64,000 bases of DNA from Auanema rhodensis. Lineage: Eukaryota > Animalia > Nematoda. Positions 26,101-41,200 of this stretch are shown here, piece after piece (within the stretch, counting starts at the first letter, position 1; every line of letters begins with the position of its first letter). The notes under the pieces were generated by a model. That model saw only the letters and a program-made list of their open reading frames with translations. It was not told where the DNA came from and did no database searches. The stretch covers positions 2,046,001-2,110,000 of the forward strand of contig OZ059895.1 in the NCBI GenBank assembly GCA_964057225.1, written 5' to 3'. A program made the translations under genes and the position numbers.

Positions 26101-29100
26101 ATTTTTAAGCTGCGTCGATCTGTGTTATCAGATTTGCGCTAGCTTAAAAATGCACCGAGATATCAACTGATATAAGTTCACACTTATATCCTCGATTTTC
26201 ACCCTGAAGAATTAATTTTTTCGTTGAATAACATCGTCCATCGTCTTTGCCTTGAAAAATGGAATCTAAAAACATCTACTTCTTGCTAAATTATTTTGAA
26301 ATTTTTCGAAAAAATTTTTGTCAAAATGTTTTTGGAAGCAATGTTGAGTGTACGTGGAAACTCAACATACACTAATGCATCATTTTTCAAACGATCATAA
26401 CTAATTTTTGTGTTAAGCTTTTCTCAATGTAGTATAGTGCATTCGATGCGGATTTTTAAGCTGCGTCGATCTGTGTTATCAGATTTGCGCTAGCTTAAAA
26501 ATGCACCGAGATATCAACTGATATAAGTTCACACTTATATCCTCGATTTTCACCCTGAACAATTAATTTTTTCGTTGAATAACATCGTCCATCGTCTTTG
26601 CCTTGAAAAATGGAATCTAAAAACATCTACTTTTTGCTAAATTATTTTGAAATTTTTCGAAAAAAGTTTTGTCAAAATGTTTTTGGAAGCAATGTTGAGT
26701 GTACATGGAAACTCAACATACACTAATGCATCATTTTTCAAACGATTATAACTAATTTTTGTATTAAGCTTTTCTCAATGTAGTATAGTGCATTCGATGC
26801 GGATTTTTAAGCTGCGTCGATCTGTGTTATCAGATTTGCGCTAGCTTAAAAATGCACCGAGATATCAACTGATATAAGTTCACACTTATATCCTCGATTT
26901 TCACCCTGAAGAATTAATTTTTTCGTTGAATAACATTGTCCATCGTCTTTGCCTTGAAAAATGGAATCTAAAAACATCTACTTTTTGCTAAATTATTTTG
27001 AAATTTTTCGAAAAAATTTTTGTGAAAATGTTTTTGGAAGCAATGTTGAGTGTACATGGAAACTCAACATACACTAATGCATCATTTTTCAAACGATCAT
27101 AACTAATTTTTGTATTAAGCTTTTCTCAATGTAGTATAGTGCATTCGATGCGGATTTTTAAGCTGCGTCGATCTGTGTTATCAGATTTGCGCTAGCTTAA
27201 AAATGCACCGAGATATCAACTGATATAAGTTCACACTTATATCCTCGATTTTCACCCTGAAGAATTAATTTTTTCGTTGAATAACATCGTCCATCGTCTT
27301 TGCCTTGAAAAATGGAATCTAAAAACATCTACTTCTTGCTAAATTATTTTGAAATTTTTCGAAAAAATTTTTGTCAAAATGTTTTTGGAAGCAATGTTGA
27401 GTGTACGTGGAAACTCAACATACACTAATGCATCATTTTTCAAACGATCATAACTAATTTTTGTGTTAAGCTTTTCTCAATGTAGTATAGTGCATTCGAT
27501 GCGGATTTTTAAGCTGCGTCGATCTGTGTTATCAGATTTGCGCTAGCTTAAAAATGCACCGAGATATCAACTGATATAAGTTCACACTTATATCCTCGAT
27601 TTTCACCCTGAAGATTTAATTTTTTCGTTGAATAACATCGTCCATCGTCTTTGCCTTGAAAAATGGAATCTAAAAACATCTACTTTTTGCTAAATTATTT
27701 TGAAATTTTTCGAAAAAATTTTTGTCAAAATGTTTTTGGAAGCAATGTTGAGTGTACATGGAAACTCAACATACACTAATGCATCATTTTTCAAACGATT
27801 ATAACTAATTTTTGTATTAAGCTTTTCTCAATGTAGTATAGTGCATTCGATGCGGATTTTTAAGCTGCGTCGATCTGTGTTATCAGATTTGCGCTAGCTT
27901 AAAAATGCACCGAGATATCAACTGATATAAGTTCACACATATATCCTCGATTTTCACCCTGAAGAATTAATTTTTTCGTTGAATAACATTGTCCATCGTC
28001 TTTGCCTTGAAAAATGGAATCTAAAAACATCTACTTTTTGCTAAATTATTTTGAAATTTTTCGAAAAAAATTTTGTCAAAATGTTTTTGGAAGCAATGTT
28101 GAGTGTACATGGAAACTCAACATACACTAATGCATCATTTTTCAAACGATCATAACTAATTTTTGTATTAAGCTTTTCTCAATGCAGTATAGTGCATTCG
28201 ATGCGGATTTTTAAGCTGCGTCGATCTGTGTTATCAGATTTGCGCTAGCTTAAAAATGCACCGAGATATCAACTGATATAAGTTCACACTTATATCCTCG
28301 ATTTTCACCCTGAAGAATTAATTTTTTCGTTGAATAACATCGTCCATCGTCTTTGCCTTGAAAAATGGAATCTAAAAACATCTACTTTTTGCTAAATTAT
28401 TTCGAAATTTTTCGAAAAAATTTTTGTCAAAATGTTTTTGGAAGCAATGTTGAGTGTACATGGAAACTCAACATACACTAATGCATCATTTTTCAAACGA
28501 TCATAACTAATTTTTGTATTAAGCTTTTCTCAATGTAGTATAGTGCATTCGATGCGGATTTTTAAGCTGCGTCGATCTGTGTTATCAGATTTGCGCTAGC
28601 TTAAAAATGCACCGAGATATCAACTGATATAAGTTCACACTTATATCCTCGATTTTCACCCTGAAGAATTAATTTTTTCGTTGAATAACATCGTCCATCG
28701 TCTTTGCCTTGAAAAATGGAATCTAAAAACATCTACTTTTTGCTAAATTATTTCGAAATTTTTCGAAAAAATTTTTGTCAAAATGTTTTTGGAAGCAATG
28801 TTGAGTGTACATGGAAACTCAACATACACTAATGCATCATTTTTCAAACGATCATAACTAATTTTTGTATTAAGCTTTTCTCAATGTAGTATAGTGCATT
28901 CGATGCGGATTTTTAAGCTGCGTCGATCTGTGTTATCAGATTTGCGCTAGCTTAAAAATGCACCGAGATATCAACTGATATAAGTTCACACTTATATCCT
29001 CGATTTTCACCCTGAAGAATTAATTTTTTCGTTGAATAACATCGTCCATCGTCTTTGCCTTGAAAAATGGAATCTAAAAACATCTACTTTTTGCTAAATT

Positions 29101-29832
29101 ATTTTGAAATTTTTCGAAAAAATTTTTGTCAAAATGTTTTTGGAAGCAATGTTGAGTGTACATGGAAACTCAACATACACTAATGCATCATTTTTCAAAC
29201 GATTATAACTAATTTTTGTATTAAGCTTTTCTCAATGTAGTATAGTGCATTCGATGCGGATTTTTAAGCTGCGTCGATCTGTGTTATCAGATTTGCGCTA
29301 GCTTAAAAATGCACCGAGATATCAACTGATATAAGTTCACACTTATATCCTCGATTTTCACCCTGAAGAATTAATTTTTTCGTTGAATAACATTGTCCAT
29401 CGTCTTTGCCTTGAAAAATGGAATCTAAAAACATCTACTTTTTGCTAAATTATTTTGAAATTTTTCGAAAAAATTTTTGTCAAAATGTTTTTGGAAGCAA
29501 TGTTGAGTGTACGTGGAAACTCAACATACACTAATGCATCATTTTTCAAACGATCATAACTAATTTTTGTATTAAGCTTTTCTCAATGTAGTATAGTGCA
29601 TTCGATGCGGATTTTTAAGCTGCGTCGATCTGTGTTATCAGATTTGCGCTAGCTTAAAAATGCACCGAGATATCAACTGATATAAGTTTACACTTATATC
29701 CTCGATTTTCACCCTGAAGAATTAATTTTTTCGTTGAATAACATCGTCCATCGTCTTTGCCTTGAAAAATGGAATCTAAAAACATCTACTTTTTGCTAAA
29801 TTATTTTGAAATTTTTCGAAAAAATTTTTGTC

Positions 29833-32800
29833 AAAATGTTTTTGGAAGCAATGTTGAGTGTACGTGGAAACTCAACATACACTAATGCATCATTTTTCAA
29901 AAGATCATAACTAATTTTTGTTTTAAGCTTTTCTCAATGTAGTATAGTGCATTCGATGCGGATTTTTAAGCTGCGTCGATCTGTGTTATCAGATTTGCGC
30001 TAGCTTAAAAATGCACCGAGATATCAACTGATATAAGTTCACACTTATATCCTCGATTTTCACCCTGAAGAATTAATTTTTTCGTTGAATAACATCATCC
30101 ATCGTCTTTGCCTTGAAAAACGGAATCTAAAAACATCTACTTTTTGCTAAATTATTTTGAAATTTTTCGAAAAAATTTTTGTCAAAATGTTTTTGGAAGC
30201 AATGTTGAGTGTACATGGAACTCAACATACACTAATGCATCATTTTTCAAACGATCATAACTAATTTTTGTATTAAGCGTTTCTCAATGTAGTATAGTGC
30301 ATTCGATGCGGATTTTTAAGCTGCGTCGATCTGTGTTATCAGATTTGCGCTAGCTTAAAAATGCACCGAGATATCAACTGATATAAGTTCACACTTATAT
30401 CCTCGATTTTCACCCTGAAGAATTAATTTTTTCGTTGAATAACATCGTCCATCGTCTTTGCCTTGAAAAATGGAATCTAAAAACATCTACTTTTTGCTAA
30501 ATTATTTTGAAATTTTTCGAAAAAATTTTTGTCAAAATGTTTTTGGAAGCAATGTTGAGTGTACATGAAAACTCAACATACACTAATGCATCATTTTTCA
30601 AACGATTATAACTAATTTTTGTATTAAGCTTTTCTCAATGTAGTATAGTGCATTCGATGCGGATTTTTAAGCTGCGTCGATCTGTGTTATCAGATTTGCG
30701 CTAGCTTAAAAATGCACCGAGATATCAACTGATATAAGTTCACACTTATATTCTTGATTTTCACCCTGAAGAATTAATTTTTTCGTTGAATAACATTGTC
30801 CATCGTCTTTGACTTGAAAAATGAAATCTAAAAACATCTACTTTTTGCTAAATTATTTTGAAATTTTTCGAAAAAATTTTTGTCAAAATGTTTTTGGAAG
30901 CAATGTTGAGTGTACATGGAAACTCAACATACACTAATGCATCATTTTTCAAACGATCATAACTAATTTTTGTATTAAGCTTTTCTCAATGTAGTATAGT
31001 GCATTCGATGCGGATTTTTAAGCTGCGTCGATCTGTGTTATCAGATTTGCGCTAGCTTAAAAATGCACCGAGATATCAACTGATATAAGTTCACACTTAT
31101 ATCCTCGATTTTCACCCTGAAGAATTAATTTTTTCGTTGAATAACATCGTCCATCGTCTTTGCCTTGAAAAATGGAATCTAAAAACATCTACTTTTTGCT
31201 AAATTATTTTGAAATTTTTCGAAAAAATTTTTGTCAAAATGTTTTTGGAAGCAATGTTGAGTGTACATGGAAACTCAACATACACTAATGCATCATTTTT
31301 CAAACGATCATAACTAATTTTTGTATTAAGCGTTTCTCAATGTAGTATAGTGCATTCGATGCGGATTTTTAAGCTGCGTCGATCTGTGTTATCAGATTTG
31401 CGCTAGCTTAAAAATGCACCGAGATATCAACTGATATAAGTTTACACTTATATCCTCGATTTTCACCCTGAAGAATTAATTTTTTCGTTGAATAACATCG
31501 TCCATCGTCTTTGCCTTGAAAAATGGAATCTAAAAACATCTACTTTTTGCTAAATTATTTTGAAATTTTTCGAAAAAATTTTTGTCAAAATGTTTTTGGA
31601 AGCAATGTTGAGTGTACGTGGAAACTCAACATACACTAATGCATCATTTTTCAAAAGATCATAACTAATTTTTGTTTTAAGCTTTTCTCAATGTAGTATA
31701 GTGCATTCGATGCGGATTTTTAAGCTGCGTCGATCTGTGTTATCAGATTTGCGCTAGCTTAAAAATGCACCGAGATATCAACTGATATAAGTTCACACTT
31801 ATATCCTCGATTTTCACCCTGAAGAATTAATTTTTTCGTTGAATAACATCATCCATCGTCTTTGCCTTGAAAAACGGAATCTAAAAACATCTACTTTTTG
31901 CTAAATTATTTTGAAATTTTTCGAAAAAATTTTTGTCAAAATGTTTTTGGAAGCAATGTTGAGTGTACATGGAACTCAACATACACTAATGCATCATTTT
32001 TCAAACGATCATAACTAATTTTTGTATTAAGCGTTTCTCAATGTAGTATAGTGCATTCGATGCGGATTTTTAAGCTGCGTCGATCTGTGTTATCAGATTT
32101 GCGCTAGCTTAAAAATGCACCGAGATATCAACTGATATAAGTTCACACTTATATCCTCGATTTTCACCCTGAAGAATTAATTTTTTCGTTGAATAACATC
32201 GTCCATCGTCTTTGCCTTGAAAAATGGAATCTAAAAACATCTACTTTTTGCTAAATTATTTTGAAATTTTTCGAAAAAATTTTTGTCAAAATGTTTTTGG
32301 AAGCAATGTTGAGTGTACATGAAAACTCAACATACACTAATGCATCATTTTTCAAACGATTATAACTAATTTTTGTATTAAGCTTTTCTCAATGTAGTAT
32401 AGTGCATTCGATGCGGATTTTTAAGCTGCGTCGATCTGTGTTATCAGATTTGCGCTAGCTTAAAAATGCACCGAGATATCAACTGATATAAGTTCACACT
32501 TATATCCTCGATTTTCACCCTGAAGAATTAATTTTTTCGTTGAATAACATCGTCCATCGTCTTTGCCTTGAAAAATGGAATCTAAAAACATCTACTTTTT
32601 GCTAAATTATTTTGAAATTTTTCGAAAAAAGTTTTGTCAAAATGTTTTTGGAAGCAATGTTGAGTGTACATGGAAACTCAACATACACTAATGCATCATT
32701 TTTCAAACGATTATAACTAATTTTTGTATTAAGCTTTTCTCAATGTAGTATAGTGCATTCGATGCGGATTTTTAAGCTGCGTCGATCTGTGTTATCAGAT

Positions 32801-34360
32801 TTGCGCTAGCTTAAAAATGCACCGAGATATCAACTGATATAAGTTCACACTTATATCCTCGATTTTCACCCTGAAGAATTAATTTTTTCGTTGAATAACA
32901 TCGTCCATCGTCTTTGCCTTGAAAAATGGAATCTAAAAACATCTACTTTTTGCTAAATTATTTTGAAATTTTTCGAAAAAATTTTTGTCAAAATGTTTTT
33001 GGAAGCAATGTTGAGTGTACATGGAAACTCAACATACACTAATGCATCATTTTTCAAACGATCATAACTAATTTTTGTATTAAGCGTTTCTCAATGTAGT
33101 ATAGTGCATTCGATGCGGATTTTTAAGCTGCGTCGATCTGTGTTATCAGATTTGCGCTAGCTTAAAAATGCACCGAGATATCAACTGATATAAGTTTACA
33201 CTTATATCCTCGATTTTCACCCTGAAGAATTAATTTTTTCGTTGAATAACATCGTCCATCGTCTTTGCCTTGAAAAATGGAATCTAAAAACATCTACTTT
33301 TTGCTAAATTATTTTGAAATTTTTCGAAAAAATTTTTGTCAAAATGTTTTTGGAAGCAATGTTGAGTGTACGTGGAAACTCAACATACACTAATGCATCA
33401 TTTTTCAAAAGATCATAACTAATTTTTGTTTTAAGCTTTTCTCAATGTAGTATAGTGCATTCGATGCGGATTTTTAAGCTGCGTCGATCTGTGTTATCAG
33501 ATTTGCGCTAGCTTAAAAATGCACCGAGATATCAACTGATATAAGTTCACACTTATATCCTCGATTTTCACCCTGAAGAATTAATTTTTTCGTTGAATAA
33601 CATCATCCATCGTCTTTGCCTTGAAAAACGGAATCTAAAAACATCTACTTTTTGCTAAATTATTTTGAAATTTTTCGAAAAAATTTTTGTCAAAATGTTT
33701 TTGGAAGCAATGTTGAGTGTACATGGAACTCAACATACACTAATGCATCATTTTTCAAACGATCATAACTAATTTTTGTATTAAGCGTTTCTCAATGTAG
33801 TATAGTGCATTCGATGCGGATTTTTAAGCTGCGTCGATCTGTGTTATCAGATTTGCGCTAGCTTAAAAATGCACCGAGATATCAACTGATATAAGTTCAC
33901 ACTTATATCCTCGATTTTCACCCTGAAGAATTAATTTTTTCGTTGAATAACATCGTCCATCGTCTTTGCCTTGAAAAATGGAATCTAAAAACATCTACTT
34001 TTTGCTAAATTATTTTGAAATTTTTCGAAAAAATTTTTGTCAAAATGTTTTTGGAAGCAATGTTGAGTGTACATGAAAACTCAACATACACTAATGCATC
34101 ATTTTTCAAACGATTATAACTAATTTTTGTATTAAGCTTTTCTCAATGTAGTATAGTGCATTCGATGCGGATTTTTAAGCTGCGTCGATCTGTGTTATCA
34201 GATTTGCGCTAGCTTAAAAATGCACCGAGATATCAACTGATATAAGTTCACACTTATATCCTCGATTTTCACCCTGAAGAATTAATTTTTTCGTTGAATA
34301 ACATCGTCCATCGTCTTTGCCTTGAAAAATGGAATCTAAAAACATCTACTTTTTGCTAAA
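29833..34360. repeat. 5-mer higher-order repeat, second run (part of the 10.9-kb duplicate)
   Basis: Same markers; deletions near 30219, 31973 and 33727. Confidence 0.9.
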
Positions 34361-37300
34361 TTATTTTGAAATTTTTCGAAAAAAGTTTTGTCAAAATGTT
34401 TTTGGAAGCAATGTTGAGTGTACATGGAAACTCAACATACACTAATGCATCATTTTTCAAACGATTATAACTAATTTTTGTATTAAGCTTTTCTCAATGT
34501 AGTATAGTGCATTCGATGCGGATTTTTAAGCTGCGTCGATCTGTGTTATCAGATTTGCGCTAGCTTAAAAATGCACCGAGATATCAACTGATATAAGTTC
34601 ACACTTATATCCTCGATTTTCACCCTGAAGAATTAATTTTTTCGTTGAATAACATTGTCCATCGTCTTTGCCTTGAAAAATGGAATCTAAAAACATCTAC
34701 TTTTTGCTAAATTATTTTGAAATTTTTCGAAAAAATTTTTGTGAAAATGTTTTTGGAAGCAATGTTGAGTGTACATGGAAACTCAACATACACTAATGCA
34801 TCATTTTTCAAACGATCATAACTAATTTTTGTATTAAGCTTTTCTCAATGTAGTATAGTGCATTCGATGCGGATTTTTAAGCTGCGTCGATCTGTGTTAT
34901 CAGATTTGCGCTAGCTTAAAAATGCACCGAGATATCAACTGATATAAGTTCACACTTATATCCTCGATTTTCACCCTGAAGAATTAATTTTTTCGTTGAA
35001 TAACATCGTCCATCGTCTTTGCCTTGAAAAATGGAATCTAAAAACATCTACTTCTTGCTAAATTATTTTGAAATTTTTCGAAAAAATTTTTGTCAAAATG
35101 TTTTTGGAAGCAATGTTGAGTGTACGTGGAAACTCAACATACACTAATGCATCATTTTTCAAACGATCATAACTAATTTTTGTGTTAAGCTTTTCTCAAT
35201 GTAGTATAGTGCATTCGATGCGGATTTTTAAGCTGCGTCGATCTGTGTTATCAGATTTGCGCTAGCTTAAAAATGCACCGAGATATCAACTGATATAAGT
35301 TCACACTTATATCCTCGATTTTCACCCTGAAGATTTAATTTTTTCGTTGAATAACATCGTCCATCGTCTTTGCCTTGAAAAATGGAATCTAAAAACATCT
35401 ACTTTTTGCTAAATTATTTTGAAATTTTTCGAAAAAATTTTTGTCAAAATGTTTTTGGAAGCAATGTTGAGTGTACATGGAAACTCAACATACACTAATG
35501 CATCATTTTTCAAACGATTATAACTAATTTTTGTATTAAGCTTTTCTCAATGTAGTATAGTGCATTCGATGCGGATTTTTAAGCTGCGTCGATCTGTGTT
35601 ATCAGATTTGCGCTAGCTTAAAAATGCACCGAGATATCAACTGATATAAGTTCACACATATATCCTCGATTTTCACCCTGAAGAATTAATTTTTTCGTTG
35701 AATAACATTGTCCATCGTCTTTGCCTTGAAAAATGGAATCTAAAAACATCTACTTTTTGCTAAATTATTTTGAAATTTTTCGAAAAAAATTTTGTCAAAA
35801 TGTTTTTGGAAGCAATGTTGAGTGTACATGGAAACTCAACATACACTAATGCATCATTTTTCAAACGATCATAACTAATTTTTGTATTAAGCTTTTCTCA
35901 ATGCAGTATAGTGCATTCGATGCGGATTTTTAAGCTGCGTCGATCTGTGTTATCAGATTTGCGCTAGCTTAAAAATGCACCGAGATATCAACTGATATAA
36001 GTTCACACTTATATCCTCGATTTTCACCCTGAAGAATTAATTTTTTCGTTGAATAACATCGTCCATCGTCTTTGCCTTGAAAAATGGAATCTAAAAACAT
36101 CTACTTTTTGCTAAATTATTTCGAAATTTTTCGAAAAAATTTTTGTCAAAATGTTTTTGGAAGCAATGTTGAGTGTACATGGAAACTCAACATACACTAA
36201 TGCATCATTTTTCAAACGATCATAACTAATTTTTGTATTAAGCTTTTCTCAATGTAGTATAGTGCATTCGATGCGGATTTTTAAGCTGCGTCGATCTGTG
36301 TTATCAGATTTGCGCTAGCTTAAAAATGCACCGAGATATCAACTGATATAAGTTCACACTTATATCCTCGATTTTCACCCTGAAGAATTAATTTTTTCGT
36401 TGAATAACATCGTCCATCGTCTTTGCCTTGAAAAATGGAATCTAAAAACATCTACTTTTTGCTAAATTATTTCGAAATTTTTCGAAAAAATTTTTGTCAA
36501 AATGTTTTTGGAAGCAATGTTGAGTGTACATGGAAACTCAACATACACTAATGCATCATTTTTCAAACGATCATAACTAATTTTTGTATTAAGCTTTTCT
36601 CAATGTAGTATAGTGCATTCGATGCGGATTTTTAAGCTGCGTCGATCTGTGTTATCAGATTTGCGCTAGCTTAAAAATGCACCGAGATATCAACTGATAT
36701 AAGTTCACACTTATATCCTCGATTTTCACCCTGAAGAATTAATTTTTTCGTTGAATAACATCGTCCATCGTCTTTGCCTTGAAAAATGGAATCTAAAAAC
36801 ATCTACTTTTTGCTAAATTATTTTGAAATTTTTCGAAAAAATTTTTGTCAAAATGTTTTTGGAAGCAATGTTGAGTGTACATGGAAACTCAACATACACT
36901 AATGCATCATTTTTCAAACGATTATAACTAATTTTTGTATTAAGCTTTTCTCAATGTAGTATAGTGCATTCGATGCGGATTTTTAAGCTGCGTCGATCTG
37001 TGTTATCAGATTTGCGCTAGCTTAAAAATGCACCGAGATATCAACTGATATAAGTTCACACTTATATCCTCGATTTTCACCCTGAAGAATTAATTTTTTC
37101 GTTGAATAACATTGTCCATCGTCTTTGCCTTGAAAAATGGAATCTAAAAACATCTACTTTTTGCTAAATTATTTTGAAATTTTTCGAAAAAATTTTTGTC
37201 AAAATGTTTTTGGAAGCAATGTTGAGTGTACGTGGAAACTCAACATACACTAATGCATCATTTTTCAAACGATCATAACTAATTTTTGTATTAAGCTTTT

Positions 37301-38249
37301 CTCAATGTAGTATAGTGCATTCGATGCGGATTTTTAAGCTGCGTCGATCTGTGTTATCAGATTTGCGCTAGCTTAAAAATGCACCGAGATATCAACTGAT
37401 ATAAGTTTACACTTATATCCTCGATTTTCACCCTGAAGAATTAATTTTTTCGTTGAATAACATCGTCCATCGTCTTTGCCTTGAAAAATGGAATCTAAAA
37501 ACATCTACTTTTTGCTAAATTATTTTGAAATTTTTCGAAAAAATTTTTGTCAAAATGTTTTTGGAAGCAATGTTGAGTGTACGTGGAAACTCAACATACA
37601 CTAATGCATCATTTTTCAAAAGATCATAACTAATTTTTGTTTTAAGCTTTTCTCAATGTAGTATAGTGCATTCGATGCGGATTTTTAAGCTGCGTCGATC
37701 TGTGTTATCAGATTTGCGCTAGCTTAAAAATGCACCGAGATATCAACTGATATAAGTTCACACTTATATCCTCGATTTTCACCCTGAAGAATTAATTTTT
37801 TCGTTGAATAACATCATCCATCGTCTTTGCCTTGAAAAATGGAATCTAAAAACATCTACTTTTTGCTAAATTATTTTGAAATTTTTCGAAAAAATTTTTG
37901 TCAAAATGTTTTTGGAAGCAATGTTGAGTGTACATGAAAACTCAACATACACTAATGCATCATTTTTCAAACGATTATAACTAATTTTTGTATTAAGCTT
38001 TTCTCAATGTAGTATAGTGCATTCGATGCGGATTTTTAAGCTGCGTCGATCTGTGTTATCAGATTTGCGCTAGCTTAAAAATGCACCGAGATATCAACTG
38101 ATATAAGTTCACACTTATATCCTCGATTTTCACCCTGAAGAATTAATTTTTTCGTTGAATAACATCGTCCATCGTCTTTGCCTTGAAAAATGGAATCTAA
38201 AAACATCTACTTTTTGCTAAATTATTTTGAAATTTTTCGAAAAAATTTT

Positions 38250-41200
38250 TGTCAAAATGTTTTTGGAAGCAATGTTGAGTGTACATGAAAACTCAACATA
38301 CACTAATGCATCATTTTTCAAACGATTATAACTAATTTTTGTATTAAGCTTTTCTCAATGTAGTATAGTGCATTCGATGCGGATTTTTAAGCTGCGTCGA
38401 TCTGTGTTATCAGATTTGCGCTAGCTTAAAAATGCACCGAGATATCAACTGATATAAGTTCACACTTATATTCTTGATTTTCACCCTGAAGAATTAATTT
38501 TTTCGTTGAATAACATTGTCCATCGTCTTTGACTTGAAAAATGAAATCTAAAAACATCTACTTTTTGCTAAATTATTTTGAAATTTTTCGAAAAAATTTT
38601 TGTCAAAATGTTTTTGGAAGCAATGTTGAGTGTACATGGAAACTCAACATACACTAATGCATCATTTTTCAAACGATCATAACTAATTTTTGTATTAAGC
38701 TTTTCTCAATGTAGTATAGTGCATTCGATGCGGATTTTTAAGCTGCGTCGATCTGTGTTATCAGATTTGCGCTAGCTTAAAAATGCACCGAGATATCAAC
38801 TGATATAAGTTCACACTTATATCCTCGATTTTCACCCTGAAGAATTAATTTTTTCGTTGAATAACATCGTCCATCGTCTTTGCCTTGAAAAATGGAATCT
38901 AAAAACATCTACTTTTTGCTAAATTATTTTGAAATTTTTCGAAAAAATTTTTGTCAAAATGTTTTTGGAAGCAATGTTGAGTGTACATGGAAACTCAACA
39001 TACACTAATGCATCATTTTTCAAACGATCATAACTAATTTTTGTATTAAGCGTTTCTCAATGTAGTATAGTGCATTCGATGCGGATTTTTAAGCTGCGTC
39101 GATCTGTGTTATCAGATTTGCGCTAGCTTAAAAATGCACCGAGATATCAACTGATATAAGTTTACACTTATATCCTCGATTTTCACCCTGAAGAATTAAT
39201 TTTTTCGTTGAATAACATCGTCCATCGTCTTTGCCTTGAAAAATGGAATCTAAAAACATCTACTTTTTGCTAAATTATTTTGAAATTTTTCGAAAAAATT
39301 TTTGTCAAAATGTTTTTGGAAGCAATGTTGAGTGTACGTGGAAACTCAACATACACTAATGCATCATTTTTCAAAAGATCATAACTAATTTTTGTTTTAA
39401 GCTTTTCTCAATGTAGTATAGTGCATTCGATGCGGATTTTTAAGCTGCGTCGATCTGTGTTATCAGATTTGCGCTAGCTTAAAAATGCACCGAGATATCA
39501 ACTGATATAAGTTCACACTTATATCCTCGATTTTCACCCTGAAGAATTAATTTTTTCGTTGAATAACATCATCCATCGTCTTTGCCTTGAAAAACGGAAT
39601 CTAAAAACATCTACTTTTTGCTAAATTATTTTGAAATTTTTCGAAAAAATTTTTGTCAAAATGTTTTTGGAAGCAATGTTGAGTGTACATGGAACTCAAC
39701 ATACACTAATGCATCATTTTTCAAACGATCATAACTAATTTTTGTATTAAGCGTTTCTCAATGTAGTATAGTGCATTCGATGCGGATTTTTAAGCTGCGT
39801 CGATCTGTGTTATCAGATTTGCGCTAGCTTAAAAATGCACCGAGATATCAACTGATATAAGTTCACACTTATATCCTCGATTTTCACCCTGAAGAATTAA
39901 TTTTTTCGTTGAATAACATCGTCCATCGTCTTTGCCTTGAAAAATGGAATCTAAAAACATCTACTTTTTGCTAAATTATTTTGAAATTTTTCGAAAAAAT
40001 TTTTGTCAAAATGTTTTTGGAAGCAATGTTGAGTGTACATGAAAACTCAACATACACTAATGCATCATTTTTCAAACGATTATAACTAATTTTTGTATTA
40101 AGCTTTTCTCAATGTAGTATAGTGCATTCGATGCGGATTTTTAAGCTGCGTCGATCTGTGTTATCAGATTTGCGCTAGCTTAAAAATGCACCGAGATATC
40201 AACTGATATAAGTTCACACTTATATCCTCGATTTTCACCCTGAAGAATTAATTTTTTCGTTGAATAACATCATCCATCGTCTTTGCCTTGAAAAACGGAA
40301 TCTAAAAACATCTACTTTTTGCTAAATTATTTTGAAATTTTTCGAAAAAATTTTTGTCAAAATGTTTTTGGAAGCAATGTTGAGTGTACATGGAACTCAA
40401 CATACACTAATGCATCATTTTTCAAACGATCATAACTAATTTTTGTATTAAGCGTTTCTCAATGTAGTATAGTGCATTCGATGCGGATTTTTAAGCTGCG
40501 TCGATCTGTGTTATCAGATTTGCGCTAGCTTAAAAATGCACCGAGATATCAACTGATATAAGTTCACACTTATATCCTCGATTTTCACCCTGAAGAATTA
40601 ATTTTTTCGTTGAATAACATCGTCCATCGTCTTTGCCTTGAAAAATGGAATCTAAAAACATCTACTTTTTGCTAAATTATTTTGAAATTTTTCGAAAAAA
40701 TTTTTGTCAAAATGTTTTTGGAAGCAATGTTGAGTGTACATGAAAACTCAACATACACTAATGCATCATTTTTCAAACGATTATAACTAATTTTTGTATT
40801 AAGCTTTTCTCAATGTAGTATAGTGCATTCGATGCGGATTTTTAAGCTGCGTCGATCTGTGTTATCAGATTTGCGCTAGCTTAAAAATGCACCGAGATAT
40901 CAACTGATATAAGTTCACACTTATATTCTTGATTTTCACCCTGAAGAATTAATTTTTTCGTTGAATAACATTGTCCATCGTCTTTGCCTTGAAAAATGAA
41001 ATCTAAAAACATCTACTTTTTGCTAAATTATTTTGAAATTTTTCGAAAAAATTTTTGTCAAAATGTTTTTGGAAGCAATGTTGAGTGTACATGGAAACTC
41101 AACATACACTAATGCATCATTTTTCAAACGATCATAACTAATTTTTGTATTAAGCTTTTCTCAATGTAGTATAGTGCATTCGATGCGGATTTTTAAGCTG

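Larger units (their letters stand above)
12032..34002. repeat. 31-mer (10,878-bp) tandem duplication within the array
   Basis: Rare markers at a constant offset of 10878 (=31x351-3): 12247/23125, 13616/24494, 15682/26560 (CTGAACAA, seen only twice), 19934/30812, and the three 1-bp deletions near 19341/30219, 21095/31973 and 22849/33727. Confidence 0.92.
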
